A DNA stretch of 64,000 nt, from assembly GCA_050873945.1 (NCBI GenBank), contig JBNMJT010000001.1, forward strand, positions 6,104 to 70,103, given 5' to 3'. Below the pieces are notes generated by a model. The model was given only the letters and a program-made list of their open reading frames with translations. It was not told the DNA's origin and made no database searches. Source of the DNA: Dorea sp. (GTDB lineage Bacteria > Bacillota > Clostridia > Lachnospirales > Lachnospiraceae). Numbering within the stretch: position 1 is the stretch's first letter; every line of letters starts with the position of its first letter. The translations under genes and the position numbers were made by a program. This document shows, one piece after another, positions 29,570 to 40,322 of the stretch.

Positions 29570-30371
29570 CAGATGTCACCTCCACGAAATTGGATGCGTT
29601 TAATCCGTATTTTTCCGCAATTTCAGGAATTGTACCATCAGCATTCATTTCCTTTAAGGTCTTTGTAAGCTTTTCAGGAAAATCCGAATCAGTTCCTTTT
29701 TTAAATGCTGCACCAAGCTGTGCGATGTGTACAGGTGTATCCAGATAGCGGTAAAGATCTGGGGAATCACCGGTAAACTGGTTCAGACCAGCCTCATGTC
29801 CGACGACTGCATCTGTATAACCTTTGTTGAATGCTGCAAAAGCATGTTCCAGACTATTATAAGAAGAAACATTTAAGTCGGAGCTGTATTCCTGAGTCAG
29901 AAAATAGTATTCCCCTCTGGAGTTGACCAGTACACCGACTGTCTTTCCACGCAAGTCGTCAAATGAATAAATATTGCTGTCGGCGCGGACACAGACTCTG
30001 ATCGGACTTAACAGATAAGGACCTGCCCATGTATATTCATCTTCTCTTCCGTTCATGGCAAAACCGCCCCAGATACAGTCAATGGATCCTTTGTTGAGCA
30101 TATGTGTCTGTTTACCCCATGCAACTTCTTTAAAAACAGCTTTGTAATGCAGACGGCGGCATGCTTCTTCGGCAATCTCTTTATCGATTCCGGTATAGGA
30201 ACCGTTTTCATCGATATAAAAATAGGGACTATAAGAAGAACTTCCAATCGTAAGGACAGGAAGCTGCGATCCTTTTTTTGATGATTGTCCGTTCTGTCCA
30301 CTGCTGCAGGAGCAGAGGAAAAGACTCAGTATGATAATAATTGATAATATAGAAAGAATTCTTTTTTTCAT
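29559..30371 (-). CDS. Family 3 (amino-acid) substrate-binding lipoprotein
   Basis: Lipobox-like LFLCSC, YSPYFY..YTGIDKEIA, DLRGKTVGV, DGTIPEIAEKY; overlaps the kinase start. Confidence 0.88.
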   Translation of the reverse strand: MKKRILSILSIIIILSLFLCSCSSGQNGQSSKKGSQLPVLTIGSSSYSPYFYIDENGSYTGIDKEIAEEACRRLHYKAVFKEVAWGKQTHMLNKGSIDCIWGGFAMNGREDEYTWAGPYLLSPIRVCVRADSNIYSFDDLRGKTVGVLVNSRGEYYFLTQEYSSDLNVSSYNSLEHAFAAFNKGYTDAVVGHEAGLNQFTGDSPDLYRYLDTPVHIAQLGAAFKKGTDSDFPEKLTKTLKEMNADGTIPEIAEKYGLNASNFVEVTSDDN

Positions 30372-30513
30372 GAGAATACTCCTATCGTTGGTTTGTGTAA
30401 TCATTTATCTCACCGTCATGCATCAGGCTGATGACGGAAGAATCTGTAGATGTATTCATTATAACATTCTGGATAAGGATTTCCAATGAAATAAAAATAA
30501 TTCAGATAAAATA

Positions 30514-30541
30514 TTGACTAATGGTCATTTTTGATTATAAT
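30514..30541 (+). promoter_or_regulatory. Sigma-A promoter overlapped by a TGAC-N5-GTCA palindrome (TetR-like operator)
   Basis: TTGACT-16bp-TATAAT; TGACTAATGGTCA at 30515-30527. Confidence 0.6.
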
Positions 30542-30569
30542 AAGATATGCATAAAGAAAATAAGAGGAG

Positions 30570-32676
30570 ATGGAAATGATGGTCAAAGTTGGCAAATGGA
30601 TTGCCAGACACAGAATATTGATGCTGATAATAGGAGTTCTATTAATTGTCCCATCAATAATCGGTATAGCAAAGACAAAAGTAAATTATGACCTGCTGAG
30701 TTACCTGCCGGATCACCTGGAGACGGTAAAAGGACAGGATATACTGGTAGATGAATTTGGAATGGGTGCGTTCTCCATGGTCGCAGTCGAGAACATGGAT
30801 ATGAAGGACGTACAGAAGCTGGAAAAGGAATTTGAGAAAGTGCCGCATGTTCAGGATGTACTCTGGTATGACGATGTGGCAGATATCAGTCTTCCGGTGG
30901 AGATGATTCCAAAGGATATAAGAAAAGCATTTATCAACGGAGATGCAACGATGATGCTGGTACTGTTCGATGACACGACATCATCCGACAATTCCATGGA
31001 GGCACTGACACAGCTTCGTAAGATTGCGAATAAGCAGTGTTTCATCAGTGGTATGACAGGTATCGTTACAGATATTAAGAATATCGCAATGAAAGAACTT
31101 CCGGTCTATGTAGTGATCGCAGCACTTTTGAGTCTGGTCGTACTGGAGATTACATCTGGATCATTTGTAGTTCCGTTCTTGTTCCTGTTAAGTATCGGAC
31201 TTGCGATCCTGTATAACCTTGGAAGCAATATCATACTTGGAGAAACTTCTTATATTACACAGGCACTGACAGCAGTCCTGCAGCTTGGCGTAACGATGGA
31301 TTATTCCATCTTCCTTCTGAATAGTTATGAAGAGAATAAGAAGCGGTTCCCGGGCGAGAAAGAAAGAGCGATGGGGCATGCGATCGCCAATACATTCAAG
31401 TCGGTAGTCGGAAGTTCCGTTACAACAGTTGCCGGATTCATCGCACTGTGTGTTATGACATTCGCACTTGGACGTGACCTTGGTATCGTAATGGCGAAAG
31501 GTGTAGTGATCGGAGTACTCTGTTGTGTAACGGTCCTGCCGTCACTGATCCTTGTATTCGACAAACCGATCGAAAAGACAAGACACAAATTGCTTTTAAG
31601 CAACATGGACCGGCCGTCCGCATTTATTACAAAGCATTATAAAGTATGGATCGTAGCATTCCTTGTATTGCTGCTTCCTGCAATTTACGGTAATAACCAT
31701 ACAAAGATTTATTACAACATCGCGGATTCACTTCCAGCAACACTGGACAGTAATGTATCGATCAAAAAAGTAAAAGACGACTTCGGTACAAGTAACATGC
31801 ACATCGTCATGATGGATAAGAACATGAGTGCAAAAGACAAACAGCAGATGTTCAAGGAAATCGATAAAGTAAAAGGTGTAAAATGGACCATCAGTATGAG
31901 TTCACTGATCGGACCGAGCGTACCGGATTCGATGATACCGAAGGATGTCCGTAAGATGCTGCAGAGTGATGATTATGAACTTGCATTTGTAAGTACGAAG
32001 TATGAATCCGCAACAGATCCGGTAAATGCACAGATCAAAAAGATAGATAAGATCGTAAAATCTTACGATAAATCAGGAATGGTCATCGGAGAAGCACCTC
32101 TGATGAAAGACCTGCAGGATGTAACAGACGTCGATCTGGTCAATGTAAATGTCATTTCGATCGCAGCAATATTTATCATCATCCTGATCATTTTCAAATC
32201 AATCTCACTGCCGGTTATCCTGGTAGCGGTTATTGAATTCGCGATCATGATCAATATGGCGATCCCGTATTATCAGGGAATCAGCCTTCCGTTCGTGGCA
32301 AGTATCGTTATCGGTGCGATCCAGTTAGGAGCAACCGTTGATTATGCGATCCTGATGACGACGAGATATCAGAAAGAGAGAAGTCTTGGAAAAGACAAGA
32401 TGGAAGCGATCAGCATCGCACATAAAACGAGCATGCCGTCCATCATCAGCAGTGGCTTAAGCTTCTTCGCCGCAACATTCGGAGTTGCCTGCTACTCACA
32501 GGGTTGAGATGATCGGTTCGATCTGTACATTGCTTGCAAGAGGAGCCATTATCAGTATGGTAGTCGTTCTTCTGGTATTACCGGCAATGTTCATGATATT
32601 TGACAAATTAATTTGCAAGACATCGATGGGATTTCTTGGGAAGAAGACAAAAGCACAGACAAGTGGAGCAAAGTAA
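30570..32676 (+). pseudogene. MMPL/RND family transporter with a frameshift near the 3' end (GGG at 32501-32503)
   Basis: LQLGVTMDYSIF and IQLGATVDYAIL repeats; final TM (VEMIGSICTLLARGAIIS) lies in another frame ending at 32676. Confidence 0.85.
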
Positions 32677-32732
32677 CCTGTTGTTAATGATCCATGATAA
32701 ATTTCATGACAGGAAGAAAGGAAGCAGGAATT

Positions 32733-34946
32733 ATGAATAAGAATAGGAAAATGAAAAGAAAAGTTGCAGCATCCGTAGCAGTTGGAATGTCAGTGATGAT
32801 GGGTGTAACACCGGCTTTCGCAGCAAGTGGAACTTCAGACAGTGATGTATATAAAGAAGAGACGGTATATGTAAATGCCAAAGCGAGCGGTAAGACAGAC
32901 AAAGTAACCGTATCCAACTGGCTTAAGAATTCCGGAAGCGTATCCGGGGATCTGGAAGATGAGAGCACACTGAGTGATATCAAGAATGTAAAAGGCGATG
33001 AGGAATATACCGCAGACGGAGATAAACTCACTTGGTCAACAGACGGTGAGGATATCTATTATCAGGGAACTACCGATAAGAAACTTCCGGTATCTGTAAA
33101 ATTAAAATATTACTTAGACGGAAAACAGATGAAGCCGTCAGAGTTAAAAGGCAAAAGCGGACATCTGAAGATCACGGTAGATTATAAGAACAACGAAAAG
33201 CAGAATGTATCCGTAGACGGAAAAGATACAGAAGTCTATACACCATTTGTGATGATGACAGGCATGATCCTTCCAAATGAGACATTCAGCAACGTAACGA
33301 TCGACAATGGTAAGATCATTTCCGATGGCAATAAGAACATCGTTGTCGGATTCGGAATGCCGGGATTAAAAGACAGCCTGAACTTAAGCAGTGAGGAAAG
33401 CGATAAAGTAACAATCCCGGAAAGCTTAAGTATTGAGGCAGACGTGACAGACTTTACAATGTCTTCTACTTATACGGTAGCATTATCCGATCTGTTAGAT
33501 GATATGGATATGGACAGTATTGTAAATGTTGATGATCTGCAGACAGCACTGGATGATCTGGAAGATGCGGCACTTCAGTTAGTCAGCGGTTCTGATACAC
33601 TGGCAGACGGTGCAGGAACACTGGCCGATGGTGTGAACAGTTATACAGACGGTGTGGATACGCTGAATGCCGGTATCCAGAAATACCTTGGATCTAATGG
33701 AGAACTGAGCGGCAGCGTTACAGAGTATGTGAACGGTGTGAATAAGGTTGTCAAAGGTGTACAGGATTATACGGATGGTGTGAATACACTGGCAGATGGT
33801 GTGAATGGTTATGTGGCAGGAGAAACAAAACTGGCAACAGCTGTACAGCAGACGCTTGGCTCAACAAATGTGGAGCAGTTAATGGCGCAAGTAAATGCTA
33901 TGGTAGATACAGGAAATGAATTGTTGAAAGAAACAGATAACTTGAGCTCTGGATTGGCGAATGATATTGTGGCACCAATCCAGACGATAGCAGCAACGCT
34001 TGAGAGTATGCAGACGACTTTAGGGACAATTGATAATGTTCAGAATATGTTATTGAAGACTTGCGAGGGTATCAATGGAGTTGTAGATGCAGATAATGCA
34101 GTAATTAACAATGCAAAGACAACTGCATCAAATAGTTCAAAAGCCATAGATAATTCTATTAACGAATTATCTGGCAAACTTGCTGCAATAGAAGATAAAC
34201 AGTCAGAAGAGGCAAAAGCTATATCAAGTGCAATTGAATCGTTAAAGGCTGCAAAGAATGCCACAGATGGGGTTGCTGGTATGCAAGGTGATTTAACAAA
34301 GATTGATATTGCGAAAATGCCAGCAATTGATGTAAAAGCAATACAAGCCAATGTAAATCTTATTACAGATAATGCAGAAAAATTAAGAAAAGGTACAGAA
34401 ACATTAAATACTGCGGTACCAGATTTAAAGAAGAAATTAAATGCAATTGATGAATCAAAAGGAGTTTTAACGCAGGCAAGTGGATTGATGAGCAGTATGA
34501 ATAGTCTGAAGGCAGGCTTTGCGGAATTGAGTTCGTATAATACTTCATTAGTAAGCGGTGCTAACAAACTGAAATCAAGCAGCCCGACATTAGTAGCCGG
34601 TGTCAATACACTCCAGAGCGGAACCAACCAGCTGGCAAGCGGACTGAACACACTGGGAAGCCAGATGTCTTCCGGATCTGCAACACTTGCAGCAAACAGC
34701 AGTGCACTGAGAAGCGGAGCTTCCGAACTTCAGTCAGGTGCAAAGGAACTTGCTGAAGGAATGGCAAAATTCGACAAAGAAGGAACCAGCAAGTTAAAGA
34801 GTACCGTAGAAGATGAACTCGGTGACGTACTCGACAGAATCGAAGTGCTGACATCAGATGATTGCAAATACAATACATTCAGCGGTAAGGATAAAGCGAT
34901 GGATGGTAATGTGAAATTTGTGATTGAGACAGATGCAATTGAATAA
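32733..34946 (+). CDS. Secreted YhgE/Pip-like coiled-coil protein with xxxLxxG heptad repeats, MMPL partner
   Basis: Signal peptide; KEETVYV..VTVSNWLKN N-domain; LADGAGTLADGV repeats; YNTFSG..VKFVIETDAI tail. Confidence 0.78.
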   Translation: MNKNRKMKRKVAASVAVGMSVMMGVTPAFAASGTSDSDVYKEETVYVNAKASGKTDKVTVSNWLKNSGSVSGDLEDESTLSDIKNVKGDEEYTADGDKLTWSTDGEDIYYQGTTDKKLPVSVKLKYYLDGKQMKPSELKGKSGHLKITVDYKNNEKQNVSVDGKDTEVYTPFVMMTGMILPNETFSNVTIDNGKIISDGNKNIVVGFGMPGLKDSLNLSSEESDKVTIPESLSIEADVTDFTMSSTYTVALSDLLDDMDMDSIVNVDDLQTALDDLEDAALQLVSGSDTLADGAGTLADGVNSYTDGVDTLNAGIQKYLGSNGELSGSVTEYVNGVNKVVKGVQDYTDGVNTLADGVNGYVAGETKLATAVQQTLGSTNVEQLMAQVNAMVDTGNELLKETDNLSSGLANDIVAPIQTIAATLESMQTTLGTIDNVQNMLLKTCEGINGVVDADNAVINNAKTTASNSSKAIDNSINELSGKLAAIEDKQSEEAKAISSAIESLKAAKNATDGVAGMQGDLTKIDIAKMPAIDVKAIQANVNLITDNAEKLRKGTETLNTAVPDLKKKLNAIDESKGVLTQASGLMSSMNSLKAGFAELSSYNTSLVSGANKLKSSSPTLVAGVNTLQSGTNQLASGLNTLGSQMSSGSATLAANSSALRSGASELQSGAKELAEGMAKFDKEGTSKLKSTVEDELGDVLDRIEVLTSDDCKYNTFSGKDKAMDGNVKFVIETDAIE

Positions 34947-34980
34947 AAGGATGGAATGTCAATCAGTTTTATACCAAAGT

Positions 34981-35017
34981 ATACAAGAGAAGCTGCCACC
35001 GGCAGCTTCTCTTGTAT
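34981..35017. repeat. Perfect REP-like hairpin between convergent genes (probably also a terminator)
   Basis: ATACAAGAGAAGCTGCC-ACC-GGCAGCTTCTCTTGTAT. Confidence 0.8.
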
Positions 35018-35039
35018 TTCTATAAACATATTATGTTAA

Positions 35040-36068
35040 TTAATTCTGGTGTTCTGCAAGTCTGATAGCATAATCAATGGCATTTACAAGGCTCAGTTCA
35101 CTGGCGGTTCCAGTTCCGGCCTGATCAAATGCAGTTCCGTGATCTACAGAGCTTCGGATGATTGGAAGTCCCAGCGTGATATTGACACCTGAAACCGCAT
35201 CCCATTTTTGTTCGGAATGGTTATAAACGAATCCAACTACCTTTAATGGAATATGTCCCTGGTCATGATACATGGCAACTACAATGTCATACCATCCACC
35301 GCGTGCTTTTGAGAATACAGTGTCCGGAGGGACAGGTCCGTCTGCAAGAATTCCTTCTGCGCGTGCTTCCTGAATTGCGGGAATGATTTCTTCAATTTCT
35401 TCTCTTCCAAAAAGACCATTTTCACCTGAATGAGGATTTAAACCGGCTACCCCAATCTTTGGCTCCCTGATTCCAAGATTTTTACATGCGTTATCGGCAA
35501 TTCGGATTACATCTAATACCCTGTCTTTTTTTACTCTGTCGCAGGCTTCTCTCAAAGACACATGAGTTGAAACATGTACAACGCGAAGATTTTCATGAGC
35601 AAGCATCATCGTATATTTACTCGTATTAGTATAATCTGCATAGATTTCGGTATGACCGGAATAATGATGTCCGGCCAGATTTATTGCTTCTTTATTTAAA
35701 GCATTTGTAACAGTAGCATCAATCTCATGATTCATAGCAAGTTCAATTACTTTTTTTACATATTGAAAAGCGGCATCCCCTGCTTTTGCAGAAACTTTTC
35801 CAAGTTCAATTTCTCCATTTGTTATAAGTCCCATATCATAAACATCAATGGTACCTGGTTTGAATAAAGCATCTGCAACGTTTTTGACTGGATGGATAGT
35901 AAGAGTATCCTGTAAGCCGGTGATCTGTAAAGCATTTTCCATAACAGATACGTCACCAACTACGATGGGTTTGCATTTTTTATATAATTCTGGATCGGAT
36001 AATGCTTTAACTGTTATTTCAGATCCGATACTGGCAGGATCGCCCATTGTAATTCCTATGATTTTCAT
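35040..36068 (-). CDS. pdxA: 4-hydroxythreonine-4-phosphate dehydrogenase family (PdxA2, tetronate-4-phosphate dehydrogenase)
   Basis: ITMGDPASIG, GHTE, GLNPHSGE, AMYHDQGHIP, RSSVDHGTAFD. Confidence 0.93.
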   Translation of the reverse strand: MKIIGITMGDPASIGSEITVKALSDPELYKKCKPIVVGDVSVMENALQITGLQDTLTIHPVKNVADALFKPGTIDVYDMGLITNGEIELGKVSAKAGDAAFQYVKKVIELAMNHEIDATVTNALNKEAINLAGHHYSGHTEIYADYTNTSKYTMMLAHENLRVVHVSTHVSLREACDRVKKDRVLDVIRIADNACKNLGIREPKIGVAGLNPHSGENGLFGREEIEEIIPAIQEARAEGILADGPVPPDTVFSKARGGWYDIVVAMYHDQGHIPLKVVGFVYNHSEQKWDAVSGVNITLGLPIIRSSVDHGTAFDQAGTGTASELSLVNAIDYAIRLAEHQN

Positions 36069-36082
36069 TTAAAATTCCTCCC

Positions 36083-37300
36083 TTATTCTTTTAATTTTCT
36101 TAATGCATATACGATGGCATCCGGATTACCAAATGCTCCGGACTTTGTTACCACTTTCAGACCAGGATATTTTCCACCGACCATTTTCATTAATGGAATA
36201 CCGGCAGCTACTTCGCCTATGATTTCAGATCCTTCTGCCATGGAGGTCTGAAAGAATCCGATGGCTGTATCCCCGCCGGCAAGGAAAAGACCGGATATAT
36301 CACATTTCTGAATGACTTTTTCGCCAATAAGGCCCATGATTTGCTGGGTATATTCACTGGCCTGTTCTTTTGACATACCAAGTTTTTGGGCAACCGCAAT
36401 CGTTCGTGAAAGTTCTTCTCTGTCATAAGTGGCAGAAGAAATGATGAGTACATCCCTGGATTGCTGTAAATAGGTAAGGGCCTTCTGGATATATTGATCT
36501 TTGCTGAGTTCATTTTTCATTAATTTGGGAATGTCTACATTTACAATTGGCAATTTTGCTTTTTCTGCCTGAAAAACCTGTGTACGGGTTACATCGCTTA
36601 CACTGGCGATGAGTCCCAGAGATGGTTTTACCGGTTTTTCAAGCGCGAAGATATTATCCGCTATAGCAGCAGTCCCGACAAAGAGAATTTTTTTTCCGGT
36701 GTGGAGTGCTTTTGTTATAACTGTCTGCATTTGCTGGTTACTTTCAGCGTCTACAGAGAATAATCTTCCGGCAGAAAAACTGATATCTCCGTTTTGCAGG
36801 TCAGAGACAGCAATATGCGTGACAGTTTCGCTGTAGACTTGTTGTAATAACCGGGTAATGTTATCTTCGGATACAGGTTTTACAGGATCGTGTGCCATTT
36901 CGGTCTTTGAAACAGGTATTTCTTTTAAGTGTTGAACACCATTTACGGTTGTTCGTTCAAGATCCGGAAGAGCCGGCATAAAGATGATCAGTTCCGGATG
37001 CATCTGTTCATCTACGGCTTTTATTTCTTTTGCAATGTTACCTCTTAATAACGAATCTGTTTTCTTTATCACATAGCGATAATCGGAAAAATCAGTATTT
37101 TTTATAGCATTTTTTACTTTTTGGTAAGCATCTTCTTCTGTTAAATTCCTGCTTTCTGTGTCCAAAACGATGGATGTATCAGATGGAAATGTAGATTCGC
37201 ATTTTAAGATTACATTAACAGGATAGCCCTTTCTCTGTAATTGTACGCCGGTATCATTGGCACCGGTAAAATCATCAGCAATGATGAAACTTTTAAACAT
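36083..37300 (-). CDS. Four-carbon acid sugar kinase (DUF1537, DtnK/DenK-like)
   Basis: IADDFTGANDTG, DTESR, KKTDSLLRGN, GGDTA, VTKSGAFG. Confidence 0.92.
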   Translation of the reverse strand: MFKSFIIADDFTGANDTGVQLQRKGYPVNVILKCESTFPSDTSIVLDTESRNLTEEDAYQKVKNAIKNTDFSDYRYVIKKTDSLLRGNIAKEIKAVDEQMHPELIIFMPALPDLERTTVNGVQHLKEIPVSKTEMAHDPVKPVSEDNITRLLQQVYSETVTHIAVSDLQNGDISFSAGRLFSVDAESNQQMQTVITKALHTGKKILFVGTAAIADNIFALEKPVKPSLGLIASVSDVTRTQVFQAEKAKLPIVNVDIPKLMKNELSKDQYIQKALTYLQQSRDVLIISSATYDREELSRTIAVAQKLGMSKEQASEYTQQIMGLIGEKVIQKCDISGLFLAGGDTAIGFFQTSMAEGSEIIGEVAAGIPLMKMVGGKYPGLKVVTKSGAFGNPDAIVYALRKLKE

Positions 37301-38252
37301 TTGTATCACCTCTGTTTCTGCGTTTATCTTCTACTTTGGATAAGAAGTTAACAAGTAATGGGCAAAGGACAGCAGTTACGATAATTGCGGCTGCAACCTG
37401 AACCGTAGCAGCGGCTGCAACTGGTGCAAGTGAAGCATCTGCGGCTGCAACAGCCTCTGGTGTTGCAACGGCATTTCCGGCAGTTGTTCCAATTCCGGCA
37501 CCAGCTTCCGGATGTTCAGAGTGAATGAATTTCATCACCAGATAGCCGCCGAATCCGGTCAGAAGAGTTGTCAGTACTCCAAGTACAATTCCAGGAAGAC
37601 CGGCCTGTACAATCTGTTTGAAATCCAGACCTGCACCAAGTGGAAATGCAAAGAATGGAATTAGTACAACAGTTCCTTTATTTAACAGTTCTCTTAAGTC
37701 TTCATCAAGGTTACCAAGGACAAATCCAATAAGAATCGGAATGATACAGGCAACTAAAGAGATGAAAGGAATATTAGCCAATCCGGAGGCACCAAGTGCT
37801 ACCATAGTAAAAAAAGGTCCATCATTCAGTGACAGTATAGATACAGCACCAACGTCGCTTGCATCACCATATTCACCGGCAAGAGCTGCAAACAATCCAC
37901 CATTAGAGTTTGTGATTGCTGCAATCAGTGCAAGTGGTGACAGACCAAGAATTCCATTGATTCCGAATGTTTTTCCAACGATCCATCCAATTCCGGCACC
38001 GAGAATAAATTTCATTGCAGTAAGAAGAACACCTTTTAAAAGTGGAACACCTGCCTGTTTAATTCTGATTTGTGCACCATTGCACAGACAGAATAATGCA
38101 ATCAATGTGCTGGCACCGGTTTTAAATAATGCTGTTGTAAATCCCCCAATATCCAGCGCAGCCGGTGCAAATGTATTGAGTGTTGCACCAATCAGAAGTG
38201 GAACGACCATTAATCCGCCAGGTACTTTTTGTATTGTTTTCAAAATTTTCAT
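37293..38252 (-). CDS. kdgT: 2-keto-3-deoxygluconate permease family transporter
   Basis: KVPGGLMVVPLL, NSNGGLF, LNDGPF, LIPFFAFPLGAG, TTAGNAVATP. Confidence 0.93.
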   Translation of the reverse strand: MKILKTIQKVPGGLMVVPLLIGATLNTFAPAALDIGGFTTALFKTGASTLIALFCLCNGAQIRIKQAGVPLLKGVLLTAMKFILGAGIGWIVGKTFGINGILGLSPLALIAAITNSNGGLFAALAGEYGDASDVGAVSILSLNDGPFFTMVALGASGLANIPFISLVACIIPILIGFVLGNLDEDLRELLNKGTVVLIPFFAFPLGAGLDFKQIVQAGLPGIVLGVLTTLLTGFGGYLVMKFIHSEHPEAGAGIGTTAGNAVATPEAVAAADASLAPVAAAATVQVAAAIIVTAVLCPLLVNFLSKVEDKRRNRGDTNV

Positions 38253-38275
38253 TTCGTTTCCTCCCTTAGAAATGT

Positions 38276-38437
38276 TGTTTAATTTTGAAACGCGCTTCGT
38301 TTTGTTGGCTTAATTTTATTCTGCCTGCATTCGATTATCAATTTTTGTTTTGAAATAAAACGTTCAATAATGAAACAAATCAAAAGAAAATATGAAAAAC
38401 AATAAAAATAATGATATAATTGTTCTAAAATGAAACA
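38276..38437. promoter_or_regulatory. Four 17-bp quasi-palindromic operator sites in the divergent kdgT/regulator intergenic region
   Basis: TGTTTAATTTTGAAACG, TGTTTTGAAATAAAACG, CGTTCAATAATGAAACA, TGTTCTAAAATGAAACA. Confidence 0.7.
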
Positions 38438-38457
38438 CTCTCGGGAGGACAAAGGAT

Positions 38458-40233
38458 TTGAGAAAATTCAAAATTTTAGGAATTGCACCGTATAGTGGTT
38501 TGAAGGATATGATGATAAATATATCTAATGAGTGGAATAATATGGAATTTGTGGTATATGAAGGAGATTTGGAGAATGGTGCAGACATAGTTGCAAATCT
38601 CGGAGCAGAACATTTTGATGCGATTATTTCCCGTGGTGGAACAGCGCGGGAAATCCGCAAGATCACCAATACATTTGTCTATGGCATTGCTGTAAGTTAT
38701 TATGATGTATTAAGTTCTATAAAACTCGCTGAAAATTTTAATGGAAAATTTGCAATTGTCGGTTTTTCAGATATTGCGGATACGGCGAAGATGTTACGTG
38801 ATATTTTACAGTACGATATCCGGATAGAGGCAGTTACATCTGAAAAGAATGCATATGAAATGATTGATAAATTAAAAGAAGAAGGGTATTCGCTGGTTGT
38901 TGGTGATGTAGTTTCGACAAGATATGCCAGTTCCATTGGTCTTACTTCCATGCTGATTACATCGGGGGTAGAGAGTATTCGAACGGCATTTGATGAAGTC
39001 ATCCATATTTGCCGGTATTTTTCTGAATACAGGATTGCTAATAAGTTTTACCAGATGAATCAGACAATGCATAATGAACAGCTGCTGGTATATGACAGCC
39101 ATATGCAGCTGGTGTTCTGTTCGGGAGGTTCAGACAGAGCCGCCGTAGAGACCTATGCAAAAAAAATGTTCCGTATGCGGAACAGTACACCAATGCAGAA
39201 AGAAATTCATGAAATAAACGGGAAGACTTTTCTTATGACACTGGAATCATATGCATTGTCATCGGAAATTTATTATCTGTTTAATGTGATGCAGATGACA
39301 AACGATCAGTTTCAGACGTCTTCTTGTATCAAATTGAGAAATAAAGGAGATGTTTCGGGGAATTTCTTTTCTCTGTTTTATAATAATACGGCACATAAGG
39401 AATTAAGAGAGACGGCAGAAAAATATAGTGTGTCAGATTTCCCGGTTATGATTATCGGAGAAAGCGGGACAGGAAAAGATAAAATGGCGGAACTTTTGTA
39501 TGCACACAGTCATTACTGCAATTTTCCATATTATACGATTGACTGTGATATTGCGACGGATGAAGAGATAAAAGATTTAATCCTGAATAGTACGTCACCA
39601 TTATTTGATGAAAATACGACGTTCTATTTCCGGCATATTACTTCGTTGTCACAGGAACAGTTAAAAATGCTTCTTCTTTTTGCAGAGAAACATAATTTTC
39701 ATAAAAGAAACAGATTTCTCTGTTCACTGGTGGAAGATGAACAGAATAGTAAGTTGACGGAGCGTGAGTTGAAATATACTTTGGATTGCCTTTCTGTTAC
39801 ATTGCCTCCTTTAAGACAGAGAATGGAGGATATTCCAAGTATATCGAATCTTTATATTAATGAATTTAACATAAAACATGGAAATCAGATTTCTGGAATA
39901 GAGCCAGAGGCAGTGTCGTTGCTGCAGGGATTTCACTGGCCGCAAAATCTCAGACAATTAAAGTATGTTCTTGCTGAGGCGTGTGTACAGACAACTGCTA
40001 CATATATATCAAGAGAGACGATACTTCATATTTTGAATAAAGAACGTTTAAATACAACTTCATTTTCAGTGTCTGGAAGTCCGATAGATCTTAGTCAGAC
40101 ACTGGATAATATTACTTATCAGGTTGTGTGTGCTGTTTTAGTCAGTGAAAATATGAATAAGACGCGTACTGCGAAGCGGCTGGGAATCAGCCGTACGACA
40201 TTGTGGAGAATCCTTGAACAGCATAATAGCTGA
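38458..40233 (+). CDS. PrpR-N / degenerate AAA+ / Fis-HTH transcriptional regulator
   Basis: IISRGGTA PrpR_N, GESGTGKD Walker A, LPPLRQRMEDI, WPQNLRQL, TAKRLGISRTTLWR; no GAFTGA. Confidence 0.88.
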   Translation: MRKFKILGIAPYSGLKDMMINISNEWNNMEFVVYEGDLENGADIVANLGAEHFDAIISRGGTAREIRKITNTFVYGIAVSYYDVLSSIKLAENFNGKFAIVGFSDIADTAKMLRDILQYDIRIEAVTSEKNAYEMIDKLKEEGYSLVVGDVVSTRYASSIGLTSMLITSGVESIRTAFDEVIHICRYFSEYRIANKFYQMNQTMHNEQLLVYDSHMQLVFCSGGSDRAAVETYAKKMFRMRNSTPMQKEIHEINGKTFLMTLESYALSSEIYYLFNVMQMTNDQFQTSSCIKLRNKGDVSGNFFSLFYNNTAHKELRETAEKYSVSDFPVMIIGESGTGKDKMAELLYAHSHYCNFPYYTIDCDIATDEEIKDLILNSTSPLFDENTTFYFRHITSLSQEQLKMLLLFAEKHNFHKRNRFLCSLVEDEQNSKLTERELKYTLDCLSVTLPPLRQRMEDIPSISNLYINEFNIKHGNQISGIEPEAVSLLQGFHWPQNLRQLKYVLAEACVQTTATYISRETILHILNKERLNTTSFSVSGSPIDLSQTLDNITYQVVCAVLVSENMNKTRTAKRLGISRTTLWRILEQHNS

Positions 40234-40249
40234 TAGTTAGAATATAATC

Positions 40250-40282
40250 AGACCTCGCATTATGATTCGTGCGAGGTCTTTT
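40250..40282 (+). terminator. Intrinsic terminator
   Basis: AGACCTCGCA...TGCGAGGTCT + T run. Confidence 0.7.
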
Positions 40283-40322
40283 AGGAATCAGGCAGAATGT
40301 GGGTGACAAGTTGCTGATGTTA

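Noticed and set aside
37618-38313. 231-aa ORF antisense to kdgT, and the many other short overlapping ORFs in the track
   Set aside because: Explained by codon bias of real genes on the other strand or frame
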